Origin: Octopus vulgaris | Lineage: Eukaryota | Reading direction: 5' to 3' | NCBI GenBank assembly: GCA_951406725.2 | Contig: OX597816.1 | Location: 18,786,001-18,850,000, forward strand | DNA length: 64,000 nt | Part shown: positions 26,808-40,545 of the stretch, in pieces | Numbering within the stretch: position 1 is the stretch's first letter | How the letters are laid out: every line of letters begins with the position of its first letter | Translations under genes and position numbers: made by a program | The notes under the pieces: model-generated | What the model saw: only the letters and a program-made list of their open reading frames with translations | What the model was told of the DNA's origin: nothing | Databases searched by the model: none

Positions 26808-26923
26808 CACATATATGTATGTATATATATATTTATTATATATATTTATATTTACTTACATTACATATATATATATATAGCAAATGAAAGACAGAAGATG
26901 GAATATACGATAATTTATTGTTA

Positions 26924-27030
26924 ATCACGACAGTTGTTTCGACACATCTAGCATCAATCCGTCTTGGGTGTGACACTCAACAACTGGTTCAGGAGCATCC
27001 GGTGGCACGGATGTATCTCGTCGGTCGATA
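26924..27030 (-). ncRNA. Degenerate hammerhead motif with long stem II
   Basis: Minus strand reads atcga-CCGACGA-gatacatc...gatgtgtc-GAAA-caactg-TC-gtgat: 8-bp stem II base, near-palindromic caactg, GUC triplet, imperfect stem I. Confidence 0.5.
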
Positions 27031-27182
27031 AATAAATACAACTCGTTAAAATAACTCTTCCGCATTGTAACGTTCCATTTTGTAGAGAGAAAAGCAGCCA
27101 GACGGAGGAAATATCTTCATTTATACAGAACATCAAAAATATAATCATATATATGTACGTATGCGTGTGTGGGGGTGTGTGG

Positions 27183-27850
27183 GTGGACACTGCTTAAGGA
27201 CACGGGCAGGGAACCTGTCAAGGCCTACAGCTGAATTGTATTTAATTTCGCTTATTGCCGCTAAGAACTTCGAGGCGCCAAACGTTATATCCAATATAGT
27301 GTGTTGAGGATTAACATCCCTGATACAGTCCAGATCGTCCGTATCAGGATTGCTAAAAACAGAGCTGTACTGTTTCTGAAGTATATCACTCATGGTTTTG
27401 GCATTATCTTGGAGAATATCATTTTCGTCAATTAAAGAGCCAACAGTGGAGACAGGGACTTTGTGGTTTTTTTTTTCTCAAAAGAGGACACTTTTGAGTT
27501 GAGTTTGATTTTCTCAAGTGCCCATTTTTCTTCAGGTGTTCTTCGGTTATTGATAATGTTCTTCATGCATTGTTGGAGGTTATCTTTTTTTTATTCGAGC
27601 AGAGCGTTAGCCGTCGAACTTATGTGTGGCTGTTGGCAGTATTTTAGTTTGTTAGTTTTAATCTTTATTAAAAAAAAATCTGATAATCGTTTTTCTGCTT
27701 TGAGGAATTCTGCACTTTAGTTTTCTTCGCAAGTCTTGGTGGATTATGTTTAGCACATATGTTTGTGACAGTTTCTACACAGATCTCCATAGATATTTCG
27801 ATACTGGAGGAGGTGTGCGCATGCGTGAAAGACCAGTCAACATGTGATAG
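27183..27850 (-). mobile_element. Decayed LINE ORF2 fragment (EN-RT linker), same clade as LINE A
   Basis: SDILQKQYSSVFS...AISEIKYNSAVGLDRFPARVLKQC aligns with LINE A SEILNEQFKSVFT...AIDEMKTDSATGPDGFPAILLKAC. Confidence 0.75.
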
Positions 27851-28690
27851 CTTATTTTATATTCTCTTCATTGTACATGTCTTTTTCCTGGCTAAAAGCT
27901 GATTTTTAGGCGATTTTACACATGACTCTTTTTCACTTTTGGTATTTATTGTGTATAAACAATAACTGTGTCTTATTCACAATTTTACCATCGAAAAGCA
28001 TAAATATATAGGTCACTAACGTGACTAACGGCATTAGTCAGCTCCAGTATTGCTAGAAATAATAGTCAAAACATCTCATAGCACTGACGAAGCACTTATC
28101 TTAATATACGTATTCGCTTTCAGTACATTTATTTATATTCAGACTGTTTTAATTGAAAGAAACTTTTTTTTCTATTTGTGAGGGACGCAATTATTTAGAT
28201 GAACATATATTCATCGCACGGAATGGCTATTTTCGTATTCAATATATATTTCATGGAACATAGAGATATAGATGATGAGAATACTTAATTTATACCAGAA
28301 AATATTTCTTGCTTTTCATTACCGGCGATAAATTCATATTTAACGACAATTATAAACATATGCTTGCTTAAATTGATACTTAAGACGACATCAATTAATT
28401 GATATAAAAGAACATGAATAGAAAATTCATTTTTGTGAAAGTTTTCCACATAAAATACATTCCTATCAGTAAACTTAAACGGAGAGCTATCGTAACATAT
28501 TCAAAATATTTCATTTATTTTAAATTTATGGAGCTTAGTTATTGTTATATTTTTATATCATATTTACTCTGTTATGGAACGGATTTCAGATTTTTGTATT
28601 TTGCATTCAGTATGCTATAGATTATAACAAAATCCATTTAGAAAGCTACTTTTCGCAGCATTATTTTTGATAACTCGCCCAAAATTTCAT

Positions 28691-28722
<32 letters not shown>

Positions 28723-28921
28723 TGTGTATGTCTATAATGAAAGTGTTTCTGTTGCCCAATATATCATATTATATACTTTGTATTTATGAATATAATGCTA
28801 TGTATCATTTTTCTATTACAAAAGTTACTGGCTTTGGTGTAGATAGAAATATTAGTAAATTGTAGTAATAGCAATCTATATAGGCCAATGATGAAGGTGT
28901 CCAAACTTTACTAATATACAT

Positions 28922-29350
28922 ATTTCTTTTCTACCCACAAGGGGCTAAACACAGAGAGGACAAACAAGGACAGACAAACGGATTAAGTCGATTACATCGA
29001 TCCCCAGTGCGTAACTGGTACTTATTTAATCGACCCCGAAAGGATGAAAGGCAAAGTTGACCTCGGTGGAATTTGAACTCAGAACGTAGCGGCAGACGAA
29101 CTACTTTACTAATATACCTATTTCTTTACTACCCACAAGGGGCTAAACACAGAGATGACAAACAAGGACAGACAAACGGATTAAGTCGATTATATCGACG
29201 CCAGTGCGTACCTGGTACTTATTTAATCGACCGCGAAAGGATGAAAGGCAAAGTCGACCTCGGCGGTATTTGAACTCAGAACGTAGCGGCTGACAAAATA
29301 CTGCTAAACATTTTACCCGGAGTGCTAACGATTCTGCCATCTCACCGCCT
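28922..29350 (-). mobile_element. Two tandem SINE family 1 copies (first one truncated)
   Basis: acccacaaggggctaaacacagag...gaactcagaacgtagcggc occurs twice. The flank actttactaatatac occurs at ~28906, ~29104 and ~29369. Confidence 0.85.
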
Positions 29351-30154
29351 TGTGTATTTACTTATATACTTTACTAATATACCTTAAACAGAGATATTGT
29401 ATTCATATCTAAATTTCTTTAAAACAAAAACTTGTTAGTATTGAATTTTCACTATACAACTCACCCTGCAGAGTTCGTGTCTCAGTACAGACGTTCAAGG
29501 ACATTGTTACATACAAATATACTACAATACAGGCACTGATATACCTAAATACACATGTATAAGAGAATCAAGAACGAGTATTTTCACAATCACATACTAT
29601 CGATTGTTGTAAATTCACAATAAATTATTACCAATAGTGAAAAAAAAAAAAAATCATTTGTGAAATCGCCTAAAAATCAGCTTTTAGCGACGGAAAAGAC
29701 ACGTAAAAGGAAGCAAATTTATCGAACACAACATTTGTGATGGTTCCACAGGATAAATTTTGAGAAAATTACGATTTCTATATTTGAATTTAACATCAGC
29801 GATCAATAATACTCTCTCAGGCAACATGTCATTGGATACATTAAGAGTGCTGATCAATGATGATCGATGTCGTTTCCAATAATAGAGGTTACAGACATTT
29901 TAAAGCTAATTTAATAGATTACTAAGACAAAACAACATTAAAAGTTAACTTATATTTGAAATTAGTTGCATGGATACGCACACGCACACACACACTCTCA
30001 CACAAACAAGCACATACATCACACACATAGCTGCACATATGTACACACGCACACAGAGAATCAATCATTTACCCAAATCCTCTAAATACCCCGAATAATT
30101 ATAAATAACTATATATACATACACACGTACACACACAGACACACACATGCACAT

Positions 30155-30197
<43 letters not shown>

Positions 30198-30970
30198 CTC
30201 TTTTACTTGTTTCAGTCATTTGACTGTGGATATGCTGGAGCACCGCTTTTAGTCGAGCAAATCGACCCCAGGACTTATTCTTTGTAAGCCTAGTACTTAT
30301 TCTATAGGTCTCTTTAGCCGAACCGCTAAGTTATATATAATTACACTTGTGCATTATTAATAATAATATTAATACTATTAATGGTTATTCAATGTGTGAA
30401 CCGTGCGGGGAAGTTTAAAAAATATGATGAAACTGAAGAGTACCTGTTTTGCTAGAGATAGAAGTCAAGTGACTGCGGAAGCCACAGAGAGCTCACTTTA
30501 CGAGCAAGCATGGTCAAAACTGTGCAAGGATTAAAAATTAGGCTCCTACAATCGTGACGTTCACAGAGGAAATGGTAGATAGCTTAATACATGTTTCGGG
30601 CTCTTAATTAAACAATCTTATCCCATCTTCATCGCGAGAGAATTCAAACTTAAACGTATTCTCCTCACTACGCTACCTTGTTAGTTTGATGACCCGAGGC
30701 ACATGCGTAAATGGACTAAGTGAATAATAAATAAATATACATGTACATTATTAATAATAAAGTTAATGATATTAGTCGTTGTATGCTTGTTCGTAAAGTG
30801 CGTTGTCTGTGAATTCCCACTATTGATATTGCAAATTGAAATCCTGTCCAAGGGACATTTGGCACGTTTAATATGAAGCAACGATGTGTTCAGATGGTAA
30901 GTGGCGGCTTCTCATGCAACTGAATTTCGAACATGTAGAGGTTGCAAATGACCATGATGCGATAGCATAT

Positions 30971-31020
<50 letters not shown>

Positions 31021-31145
31021 GAGGGTCCAAGAAACTATGATGACACTATGAAAGTCATTTATCCTCAGTCGCCTGGACTACTGCTCTCAGCTATGGTCGC
31101 CTTATACTACAAGGACGATAGCAGAGCTTGAAGCAGCCCAACAAG
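31021..31145 (+). mobile_element. Short LINE ORF2 fragment adjacent to (TA)n
   Basis: Manual translation ETMMTL*KSFILSRLDYCSQLWSPY aligns with LINE A ETMMVLWKTLVLSHFDYCSQLWSPS. Confidence 0.7.
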
Positions 31146-32618
31146 TGTGTGTGTATGCACGTAGAGGTTCGCTTACTTGTGCATATGCGCGTATGTATTT
31201 GCATATATTAGTGAGTGTGTAGTATGACAACGTCCCACAAATTCTTGAATCACACTGTATCAGGACGACAAACAATAAAAAAGGGGGGAAAACAACGTTT
31301 GTTGATAACATTGCGTATTTCGAAAATCGTTGTCTGACATTCATAATGAATCTCCGACATGGCAGACTGGAAAATGCCATTGTTATGAACCTCTAATTGA
31401 ATCTGTTGTTGAGAGTAAATATTTTGAATGTATTTGAAGCATTGCGCATATCTCTTATAGATATTTTGCTTGACGTCAGGCTGTAGAAGTTAAAATGCAA
31501 TTCATGATTGCTGCTACGTAAATAAATTAGTGCGGAGGTAAAGGTCGATGATTACAAGGTTGACGATAACGAAGAGTGCAAATCTATATGAATTATAAAT
31601 TGTATTTACAGATAAAATGAATAATTAGTTTATAATTCTTATATTCTAGCAGGAGTCACTAATTTCCCTCCGTTTACACCTACGTTAGTTACCGTTGCAA
31701 ACAAACTTGGTTCTGAATTACATCTGTCTTTAGTTTGGAACATTCATATATTCAAATCATATATATTCCTAATTCAATATTTCTAATTCGATTCTCAGGG
31801 TTGTTGAAATCAAAATCATTAGCCGAGCTGTTACCATTTGTACAGCATTACTTTCTCATATCTGCCTCGAATACCAAACTGGCAATCTATAGCCATACGT
31901 ATGTCAATAATATGATAATATTTTTATAGTCGAAGCAATGTTTTAATTTCCAAATTAGCAGATCGTAAGCGAAATTTAGAGATGAATACTGAACTGATTA
32001 TTTCTAAATGTATTTCCTTTACATACGCTGAAATTATTTGCGAGCATAAAATATTTCCGTATGTCCTACTTACTGGTAAGACACTGAAGAGTAAATAGCG
32101 TTCTGATTTTTCTTTAGACAACAAGCGAGCTGATGCAAAAAGGGAGCTAGTAATTATCAGACACAACACCTGACACAGTTTCTGCTAAGTGAATGGGCTT
32201 CATGAAATTCATCATGTGAACAGGTAATGTTTAATTAGACAACTGAGTGTCTACTTTAGTAAAACCAGGAAACAACCAGGCTTTAAGCATCGCAATTTCC
32301 GGAACCCACTTCGATTTGTCGTTGAATATCTAATCTCTAGACTGTTCAATTATTCATGTAATTTCTTTCTGCAGTAGGCACAAATCGTGAAATATTGGAG
32401 GGGGTGCTCATTGATTGTATCAACTCTAGTGTGGAAATGTTACTTACTTGATCGACCCCAAAATGATGGAAGTAAATAACAGCCTCAGTGGCATTTGAAA
32501 TCAGAACATAATTCCAGAAGGAATATCACTATATATTTTGTCCAAGTGCTTACTAGTCTGCCAGCTCTCTACATTATTCACAGAAACGGACATTCTATAG
32601 GACACAAACTCACTTATA

Positions 32619-33159
32619 TTGGGTTGTCCGGAATGTTCCTGCCGATTCCAAAGGAAAGAAAAAGGTCAATAAATACTTGCCATTACTATTTTGTTGCACA
32701 ATGCGTCTCCATCTTTCCTTTAACTTGAAAATAGCCTCTCCCCAAAATGGAGGTGGCTTCATGGCAAAGAATTCATCAAGGTATCTTTTTACGTCATCCA
32801 AGGAATTGAAATTTTTACCATTAAGATTATTCTGGAGAGACCTGAATAAGTGGAAATCCGAAGGAGCAATATCTGGTGAATATGGAAGGTGGGGTAATAC
32901 ATCCCAGCCGATCTGCAGCAATTTTTATCTGGTTTCCAAAGCATCAAGTACCGAATATGAAATTTCTTATCTTCCATTTTAAAGGGTTACAGAATTAACA
33001 CAGTATATAGGAACATAAACATTCTTCCACGAAAAGATAGCTCAAACTGTGCTCTAAATGGAGGTGTAGTAAAATCCTATTTTTTGGACTCAACCATGTT
33101 CTAAAATTAGTCGGAATATAAGCTACTATAAATCGGCAGGAACTTTCCGGTCAACCCAA
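32619..33159 (-). mobile_element. Mariner internal-deletion derivative with TIRs and TA target duplication
   Basis: TA|ttgggttgtccggaatgttcctgccgatt ... aatcggcaggaactttccggtcaacccaa|TA. Transposase C-terminus WDVLPHLPYSPDIAPSDFHLFRSL. Confidence 0.92.
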
Positions 33160-33670
33160 TACATTGTTAATTACTTGGCCGCAATAGCACGTCACGCATT
33201 ATAGGGACTCAAGAATATAATTAAAATTAGAATGTTGAATCGATTTCATGTTTAACATCTAATGAATGAGCAGGTAAATTATACCGGTGAGCCTTAGTTT
33301 GCACGAACGTACTACATATATTCATTGACAACTGAATGCCCACGTATTAACAACAAACTATTTTAGGGTTAAAACAAAGCCACACTAATCAAAGGTAATT
33401 TATGTCAAAAAGCATTTAAATTTAGAATAGTATAACGTCGATCATGAGAGAAATAATGGAGAGAGTGCTACGTTAATTAGGCAGGCCACGTGTATTAGAT
33501 TTACATAGACACTTAGAAATATAAAAGCGGTTAAACGGAACTAATTTTACTTTAAATACACTAATACCGATGTGTGGTTAACAAGTTCTCATTCTAATGT
33601 GATATTTCCGGATACATTTCATTGCTGACACTTTAAAAATTTGTCGTTTCCGTTTCTTATTCACATGGAT

Positions 33671-33713
<43 letters not shown>

Positions 33714-34510
33714 GGCTTCTCTTAGCGTAGATGTTTTCATTCATGGGCGTTAGCTACAGCATTAAAGTGGTTTAGCTCTTATTTCTAGCAAAGCAGGCGT
33801 TTCCTAAGGCCCTAGCCACATTTAGTAATAATTACAATTCTCCTTTCTGGTGAAACTTTGCGAACTGCAGTTTATATTAATATTATGTCGGCACAGTACC
33901 AAAGTATCCAACACTGCCGTCACGTTTCAGGACCAGTTACTGCAACAGCCCGCAGATTTTTCATATTTTTCTAAAGAATCTGTGCGACCTAAAAAAAGCG
34001 GATGTAGGTGGCTTCAAAGCAAAACTGGATATCTTCCTGTCGAGATTCCCTGATGATTGTTTCGGCACAACTTTCTCTCACTCTTTCCTCCTTCATCTTG
34101 TTGCTCACTTGCGACGGAACGGAGTCCCGTCCAGGTGGGGAACCTATACGCCAATGAAACCGGGAAACTGGCCCTAATGAGCGAAGTGTGGTTCGATAAG
34201 GAACAAACATGAAATCATAGTTCCTAAATGTAATGTGAAAAATGGATGGAGAATTGGCTGAATATAGGTCATAGCTCTTATTACGAAAATAAGAAGTGTG
34301 GGTTCGATTCCCACATGCTTAGTAATGCCCATTCCTCCACCCGTTATTATGGTTTATATATCCTAACATAAAACTATTTTCTATGGTCAAGATAGGATAA
34401 AAGCTTATACTTCTATTTGCAATATGCGCGCACACGCACACACACATATACATGCATGCGGCTGAAATATTTCTCTGTATTGCTAATATTTACTATGTAC
34501 ATTAAACAAT

Positions 34511-34808
34511 GTGGAGGCGCAATGGCCTAGTGGTTAGGGCAGCGAACTCGCGGCCGGAGGATTGGGGTTTCGATTCCCAGACCGGGCGATGTGTGTGTTT
34601 ATTGAGCTAAAACACCTAAAAGCTACACGAGGCTCCGGCACGGGGTTGCGGCGACCCCTGTTGTACTCTTTCACCCCAACTTTCTCTCAAGCTTTCTCCC
34701 TGTTTCTTGAGTTACGCTGCGATGGACTGGCGTCCCGTCCGGCTGGGGGAACACATAAGCCGGGGAAACCGGGCCCATGAGCCTGGTTAGGGTTGAAAAG
34801 GGCGCATG
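34511..34808 (+). mobile_element. SINE family 2, alternative-tail variant
   Basis: Same head followed by gcgatggactggcgtcccgtcc...gaaaccgggcccatgagcctgg. Related tails occur at ~9270-9410 (-), ~34070-34205, 36948-37197 and 59099-59365. Confidence 0.82.
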
Positions 34809-35829
34809 TATAAAATAAACATTAAACAACAGAAACATCTCGAACAAGTGAAAGCCACAATAGGTCTTCATTCTGAACCGAAACAGTTTCCTTTAGGCAT
34901 AAAAACATTCTCTAACTTTAGATTTTTCAACTCCCTTAGAATGACTTCCAAATTTGTAAATTTATATTTTCACACGACGATTTCTGAGAAATAACGAGTA
35001 GAGACCATTAATCATTCTGTTTTATTCAAAATATGTGTTCGTTTGGGTCATACAATATTCAAAATTTACTTCAAACTTTTCAAATTTGTTACAAGCCTAT
35101 ATATATATATACGTAAATGATAGAACAGATATCTCTCAGCTATGGCAAAATTCTCTTAGCACAACATTCGTAGAGATTCAGTAAACATACGCGAAATCAG
35201 TTTGCTAGGGGCACAACATGGCAACAAGCAAACATTTAATATTTAAGAATTAAATAAGTCACTATAAACGAACAGATACACAATAATTACTTTTATTAGT
35301 AGAGAAGGTAAACAAAATATTCTGACAGCTGGACTTTCGACTCTCATTATTCTTAATTTTGAACAATGAGTTCGTAAATGGAACAACATGTATTTCAATT
35401 AATTGGAAATACAAATAGAAACGGCAGTAGCTTATTTGGAGACACATGCGAATTATTTTCAGGGAAAAAAAGTGGAATCAGAAAAGATTGTCGCTGAAAA
35501 TGCAAAAATTGGTGAGTAAAGCGTTCAAGTTTTAAATACTTACCAAATGGTTATACTGAAGGTTACTGAATGAAAGCATGAAATCGCTACTGTATTTCCT
35601 TGAAACATGGTATGAGAAATGGAGGGAATAAATCCATAGATGTATATAAGATAACAGAAAAAATAAACGTGTGCATGTGCGTTGTAGGTTTTTGTGTGTA
35701 TCTATACATATACATATATATTTATCTATATTTTTATCTATCTATCTATCTATTTATCTATCTATTCATCTATCTATTCATCTATCTATCTATCTATATG
35801 CATTTATATATATCCGCTATTTATTAATA

Positions 35830-36095
35830 CAGTAATCCTTCGACTATCACGGGTGTTATATTCCAAAACAACTCGCGAAAGTTGGAAGTACCCAAAGTAG
35901 AAACAGTACTGTACTGTATATATTTACATTGTTTTTATAATTTGTATATATATATATTTTATTATAAATGCAAAACTGCACCACAGAGGATTCAACGTAA
36001 ACTTAAATGATAAAAGCGCGATGGGTGAATCGTGATAAGTGAAACGTAGTAGGTGAAACGCAATAGGTGAACCGCGATGTGGCGAGAGATTACTG
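35830..36095. mobile_element. pogo/Tigger-like MITE
   Basis: TA|cagtaatccttcgac ... ggcgagagattactg|TA: CAGT-starting TIRs with TA flanks. Confidence 0.7.
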
Positions 36096-36604
36096 TATTA
36101 CGATGATTACGCAATTCCGAGCATCCAGAAGCAGCGTTCGAGTTAAAAACAATGAGTTCTCACCTTAGTCTTCCGTAATGTTTGTGATCTACACAAAATT
36201 ATGTCTTATATCTATAAATACCTGTATGCTTTCACATATGTGGATATATTTATTTATATCTCCATCTATCTGTCGATCTCACTCTCTATATATACGTGTG
36301 TATGTATTTATGTATTTTTGTATATTTGCTACTTCATCAATATCTTTAGATATAATTCGATATAATGTATACGTATATATGTATATAACCAAAAACACAA
36401 GGATTTACGAAAATATATGGAACATACACAAAATAGCACAACTAGGCACCGCAATATCCTACGTAAAGCACTTTCAATAGAGTGAAAACTACAGCACCAA
36501 CACAAACCACAGCACATACTGAAGGCACACAGATTTGCGCTTCGTAGTGCAGTAAAAGTACGTCAAAAATATAAAACTACTGAATAATAATATTAATAAT
36601 AATA

Positions 36605-36925
36605 GTAATATTTATAGGATTGTGGTTAGTCCTCCAGGAAATATAGAAGCAAAAAAAAAATGAAGAGTGCCATTGTTATCAAGTGAACGATATTTCAACA
36701 TCTTGTGTGTCTTCCACAGGTTCAAAAAATGAAATAAACTTGTCAATCTACTTCATTTTGGTAATATTTATAGGATTGAGGTTTACTCCTCCATAAAATA
36801 TACAAGCAAAACAAAAACGGGCGGAGTGTCATTGTTATCAAGTGAACGATATTCCGACATCTCGTGTTTTCCACAGGTTCAAAAAAATATTACCAAAATG
36901 AAATAAATTAACAAGTTTATTTTTT
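36605..36925. repeat. Diverged ~155-bp tandem duplication followed by an inverted copy of the junction
   Basis: gtaatatttataggattg...cattgttatcaagtgaacgatatt...ttccacaggttcaaaaaa occurs twice. aatattaccaaaatgaa...acaagtttattt reverses ~36731-36768. Confidence 0.75.
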
Positions 36926-36947
36926 GAGTTCTATATATTTGTAGGTA

Positions 36948-37197
36948 TGGAGGCGCGTGGCTTAGTGGTTAAGGTGTCAGTATCATGATCCTAAGATTGT
37001 GGTTTCGATTCTTGGACCGAGTGACGCGTTGTGTTCTTGAGCAAAACACTTCATTTCACGTTGCTCCAGTCCACTCAGCTGGCAAAAATGTGTAACGCTG
37101 CAATGGACTGGCGTCCAGTCCTGCTGGGGAACACATACGCCATAGAAACCGGGAAACCGGGCCCATGATCCTGGCTAGGTTTTAAAAGGGCGCATTT
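36948..37197 (+). mobile_element. SINE related to family 2 (variant tRNA-like head, alternative tail)
   Basis: ggaggcgcgtggcttagtggttaagg...ggtttcgattc...gaaaccgggcccatga. Confidence 0.75.
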
Positions 37198-37724
37198 ATT
37201 TTATTTTATATTTTAAGGTATAAATTGTGTAGAAGCTTCTTAGTGCTGTATATTAAGATGTTTGGATATATTAAAGTCAGAAATTTAATTCTACATCGTT
37301 ACGCATTTATGCATCGTTATTTTGGAACGTTCTAGTAGAAACGTCAATGTCATTTACTGCGTGTGTAAGTATGCAATTGAATATAGGAAAACTCTTCTCT
37401 GAAGGAATTCTAAACGTATGTGAATTTTCATTGCGATAATTATATTTTATATCGCTAATAAAATGGAAATTAATTGCCACTCTTTTTGCAGAATGCTAAT
37501 TTGATGTTTTGGGAATTAAAGAGGAAATATTTAGAATTTTTAAACTAATGACGAAAATGATACATTACAACATTATGAACGACTTGCTTACTGTGCCTAA
37601 CATCATTACATATGTTGTAATTGTAGTTCTAGAAAATATTCTAGGGGTATATACAGCCCTCGTCTCTCTCTCTTTCTTCCTGTCATTTTTCTATCCTTCT
37701 CAATTTCTCTATCCCCCTCTCGCA

Positions 37725-37761
<37 letters not shown>

Positions 37762-37762
<1 letters not shown>

Positions 37763-38149
37763 GATGGAAGCACTCCGTCGGTTACGACGATGAGGGCTCC
37801 GGTTGATCCTATCAACGGAACAGCCTGCTCGTGAAATTAACGTGTAAGTGGCTGAGCACTCCACAGACACGTGTACCCATAACGTAGTTCTCGGGGATAT
37901 TCAGCGTGACACAGAGAGGGACAAGGCCGGCCCTTTGAAATGCAGGTACAACAGAAACAGGAAGTAAGAGCGAGAGAAAGTTGTGGTGAAAGAGTACAGC
38001 AGGGATCACCACCATCCCCTGCCGGAGCCTCGTGGAGCTTTTAGGTGTTTTCGCTCAATAAACACTCACAACGCCCGGTCTGGGAATCGAAACCGCGATC
38101 CTATGACCGCGAGTCGGCTGCCCTAACCACTGGGCCATTGCGCCTCCAC
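37762..38149 (-). mobile_element. SINE family 2, long-tail variant, between (TA)n and (CA)n
   Basis: Reverse complement of 2121-2504. Confidence 0.87.
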
Positions 38150-38176
38150 AAACACACACACACACACACACACACT

Positions 38177-38221
<45 letters not shown>

Positions 38222-38231
38222 AGAGAGAGAG

Positions 38232-39137
38232 AGAGGTATCAGTTTATTAAGAATGAAACGTCCGATTTTGAACTGACAGTTTATTTTAATTTTACTCAAC
38301 AAAAAGCAATGCAGTTAATCAAAGTATGCACCTAAATTATCAGCACGATTTTGCTATTTTATCAGTTGCTTGTTTATGCTGGCAACGAAGAATTTTGGAG
38401 AGCAAGTGGTGATTAAATCAGGAAAGGCTGTTTTGCATCTTCAGCTTTTTTGCTTGCAAAATGTTGGAGAACGTGATAGTCAGTTGGTGCAAGGTATGGG
38501 GAATATGGTAGATGACAGAGTACTTCCAATTTCAGTTCCTGTAACTTGAGTAGGGTTTTTTGTGCAACACGTGGTCGGGCTGTGTCTTGCAAAAGAATTG
38601 GCCTGTCACTATTAACCAATCTCAAGTTAATTGGAAGTTCACTCATCATTTTAATCCAATTGGTTGATGTATATATCTGCTGTAATTGCCTTACCAGGTT
38701 TCATGCAGCTGTGGTGAATAACACCAGCACTGGACCACCAAACAGACAACATTACCATTTTTTGGTGAATATTCTATTTTGGATTGTATTATGGCACGTC
38801 GTCTCTATCCAATCAGCGTGCAGAACGTTTGCTATTGTTGGAAATAATCCTTTTTCCCTCACAACAAACAATACTATGCAAATATGGTTCACTTTTATGC
38901 GGTGACAGCAAACACCAGCAAGTTTCAAGATGGCGTATCATTTTATGCTCTTTCAGTTCGTGTGATACCCACTTGTCCAGCTTCTTTACCTTACCGATTT
39001 GTTCCAGATTGTCCAATACAGTGGGAATCGAAACACCAAAGACCATGCTGCTAACTCACGCGTAGTTTGAGCTTATCAGCTTCCACTACGGTTCCAAGGT
39101 CACCATTGTCTACCTTCGTCTCAGGTCTGCCACGGGA
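38232..39137 (-). mobile_element. Decayed mariner transposase (second family)
   Basis: FGVSIPTV...IGKVKKLDKWVSHEL (WVPHEL motif), ILLQDTARP and HLPYSPYLAPTDYH (YSPDLAP motif), with frameshifts. Confidence 0.85.
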
Positions 39138-39769
39138 GATATATATTTCTAAATATGAAAAATATATAGAACTAAATCGTGATACGATTAGATAGAGAAA
39201 CTAAGGATGAGTATACGAAGCTAAAAGCCAGATAGTTATCAGAGCTTTACTCTAACGAGAAGACCATGCGCACCAATGCATTCATCCTAGCAAGACTGAT
39301 ACTAGCTGTAGGGAAACATTTCGCTAGTTAATAAAAGTAATCTGCAGCAGAGTCTTTCAAAACTTCAACTGTTTCACAGCAACTGCATATTTCCACAAGC
39401 AGGGTGATACTGTCAATCCTTATTTCAGTGGAAAAGGGGAATGCGAAACATTTATATCAGGAAATTAATGCAAATACCATTTCAATGCCGCATGCCTTCA
39501 CAAACAACATCATGTAAACACTGAAAATGAACATTAATTACAAGCAAAAACTGATCTGTATGTGACCATTCACTTCATAATAATCTCTCGTCTAACACCA
39601 AAAGTAATGGACTAGAATTTTTCTACAGAAATTATGAGGCGATATACTGTCTTTACTAGAATATGTAAGAATATGTTTCCTGTAAAAGTGGGGAAGTTTC
39701 TGATATTAACACTAAAAAGTAAGCTTTTTTCGATTAGTGAGGGTAACAACACATCACCTTACATAGGTT

Positions 39770-40069
39770 CGCTACCTAACTCAGATACCAGGAAACCCAA
39801 AAATGTCAGAAATTCAAAAGATAGTATTCATGGGAACAGCTCATATCCTACGCAAAATACTTTCTGTGTAATCTCAGGGTTTAAAACAAACATAATTTTC
39901 GTTTTTTTAGACATTCACGAGTACAACACCAAAAAAAAACAACAAATATATGGCATACTAGGCATAAAAACAACATGAACTTCCAACCTGTTGTCCCTTG
40001 AAGTCTCTGGGTGAGTCTTGGAGCCAACTTGTACAAATATAAAGCTCAAGTCAAACATATAATAATATC

Positions 40070-40101
<32 letters not shown>

Positions 40102-40110
40102 TAATAATAA
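39770..40110 (+). mobile_element. 3' end of an R4/Dong-like non-LTR retrotransposon ending in (TAA)n
   Basis: Manual translation IPGNPKMSEIQKIVFMGTAHILRKILSV* resembles recalled R4-clade C-termini (QK..LLGTA.ILR). The 3' UTR runs into (AAT)n. Confidence 0.6.
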
Positions 40111-40295
40111 AATCGAAAACTACCTTAAGAATGAGAACCAATTTCGAAATTTCCCCAAACACATGATGTAGGCTGGAGTGTATAACAGTCGAAACGTTGT
40201 GTTAACTACAAACAAATGAGAACAAATATCCGTCAAATGTGAACAAATGTAAATAATGTACGTAATTCCACATCTCATAAATATAGAACTGTTAA
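40110..40295 (+). mobile_element. Penelope pseudo-LTR-like repeat with a decayed hammerhead (40158-40203); reverse copy at ~43400-43540
   Basis: aacac-ATGATGT-a-ggctg...cagtc-GAAA-cg-TT-gtgtt. The reverse copy lacks the core and lies next to a Penelope RT fragment. Confidence 0.55.
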
Positions 40296-40545
40296 ATGTG
40301 TTTGTATAACATAGATGAATTAAGAAACAAACGGTATGGTTGTATTGTTTTACATCATTATATTACCTCCGGAATAATATCAATGTTTTCCTCGAAACAT
40401 ATGTCGGACGTACGAAGATTTGAATAACACCTGCGTTTGACTCCATTTCTTAATTTATATATATCTCTATCTATCTAGCCATCTCCTTTTCTATCTCTTT
40501 CTCTCTCTCTCTCCCCTATATATATATATATATATATATATACAT

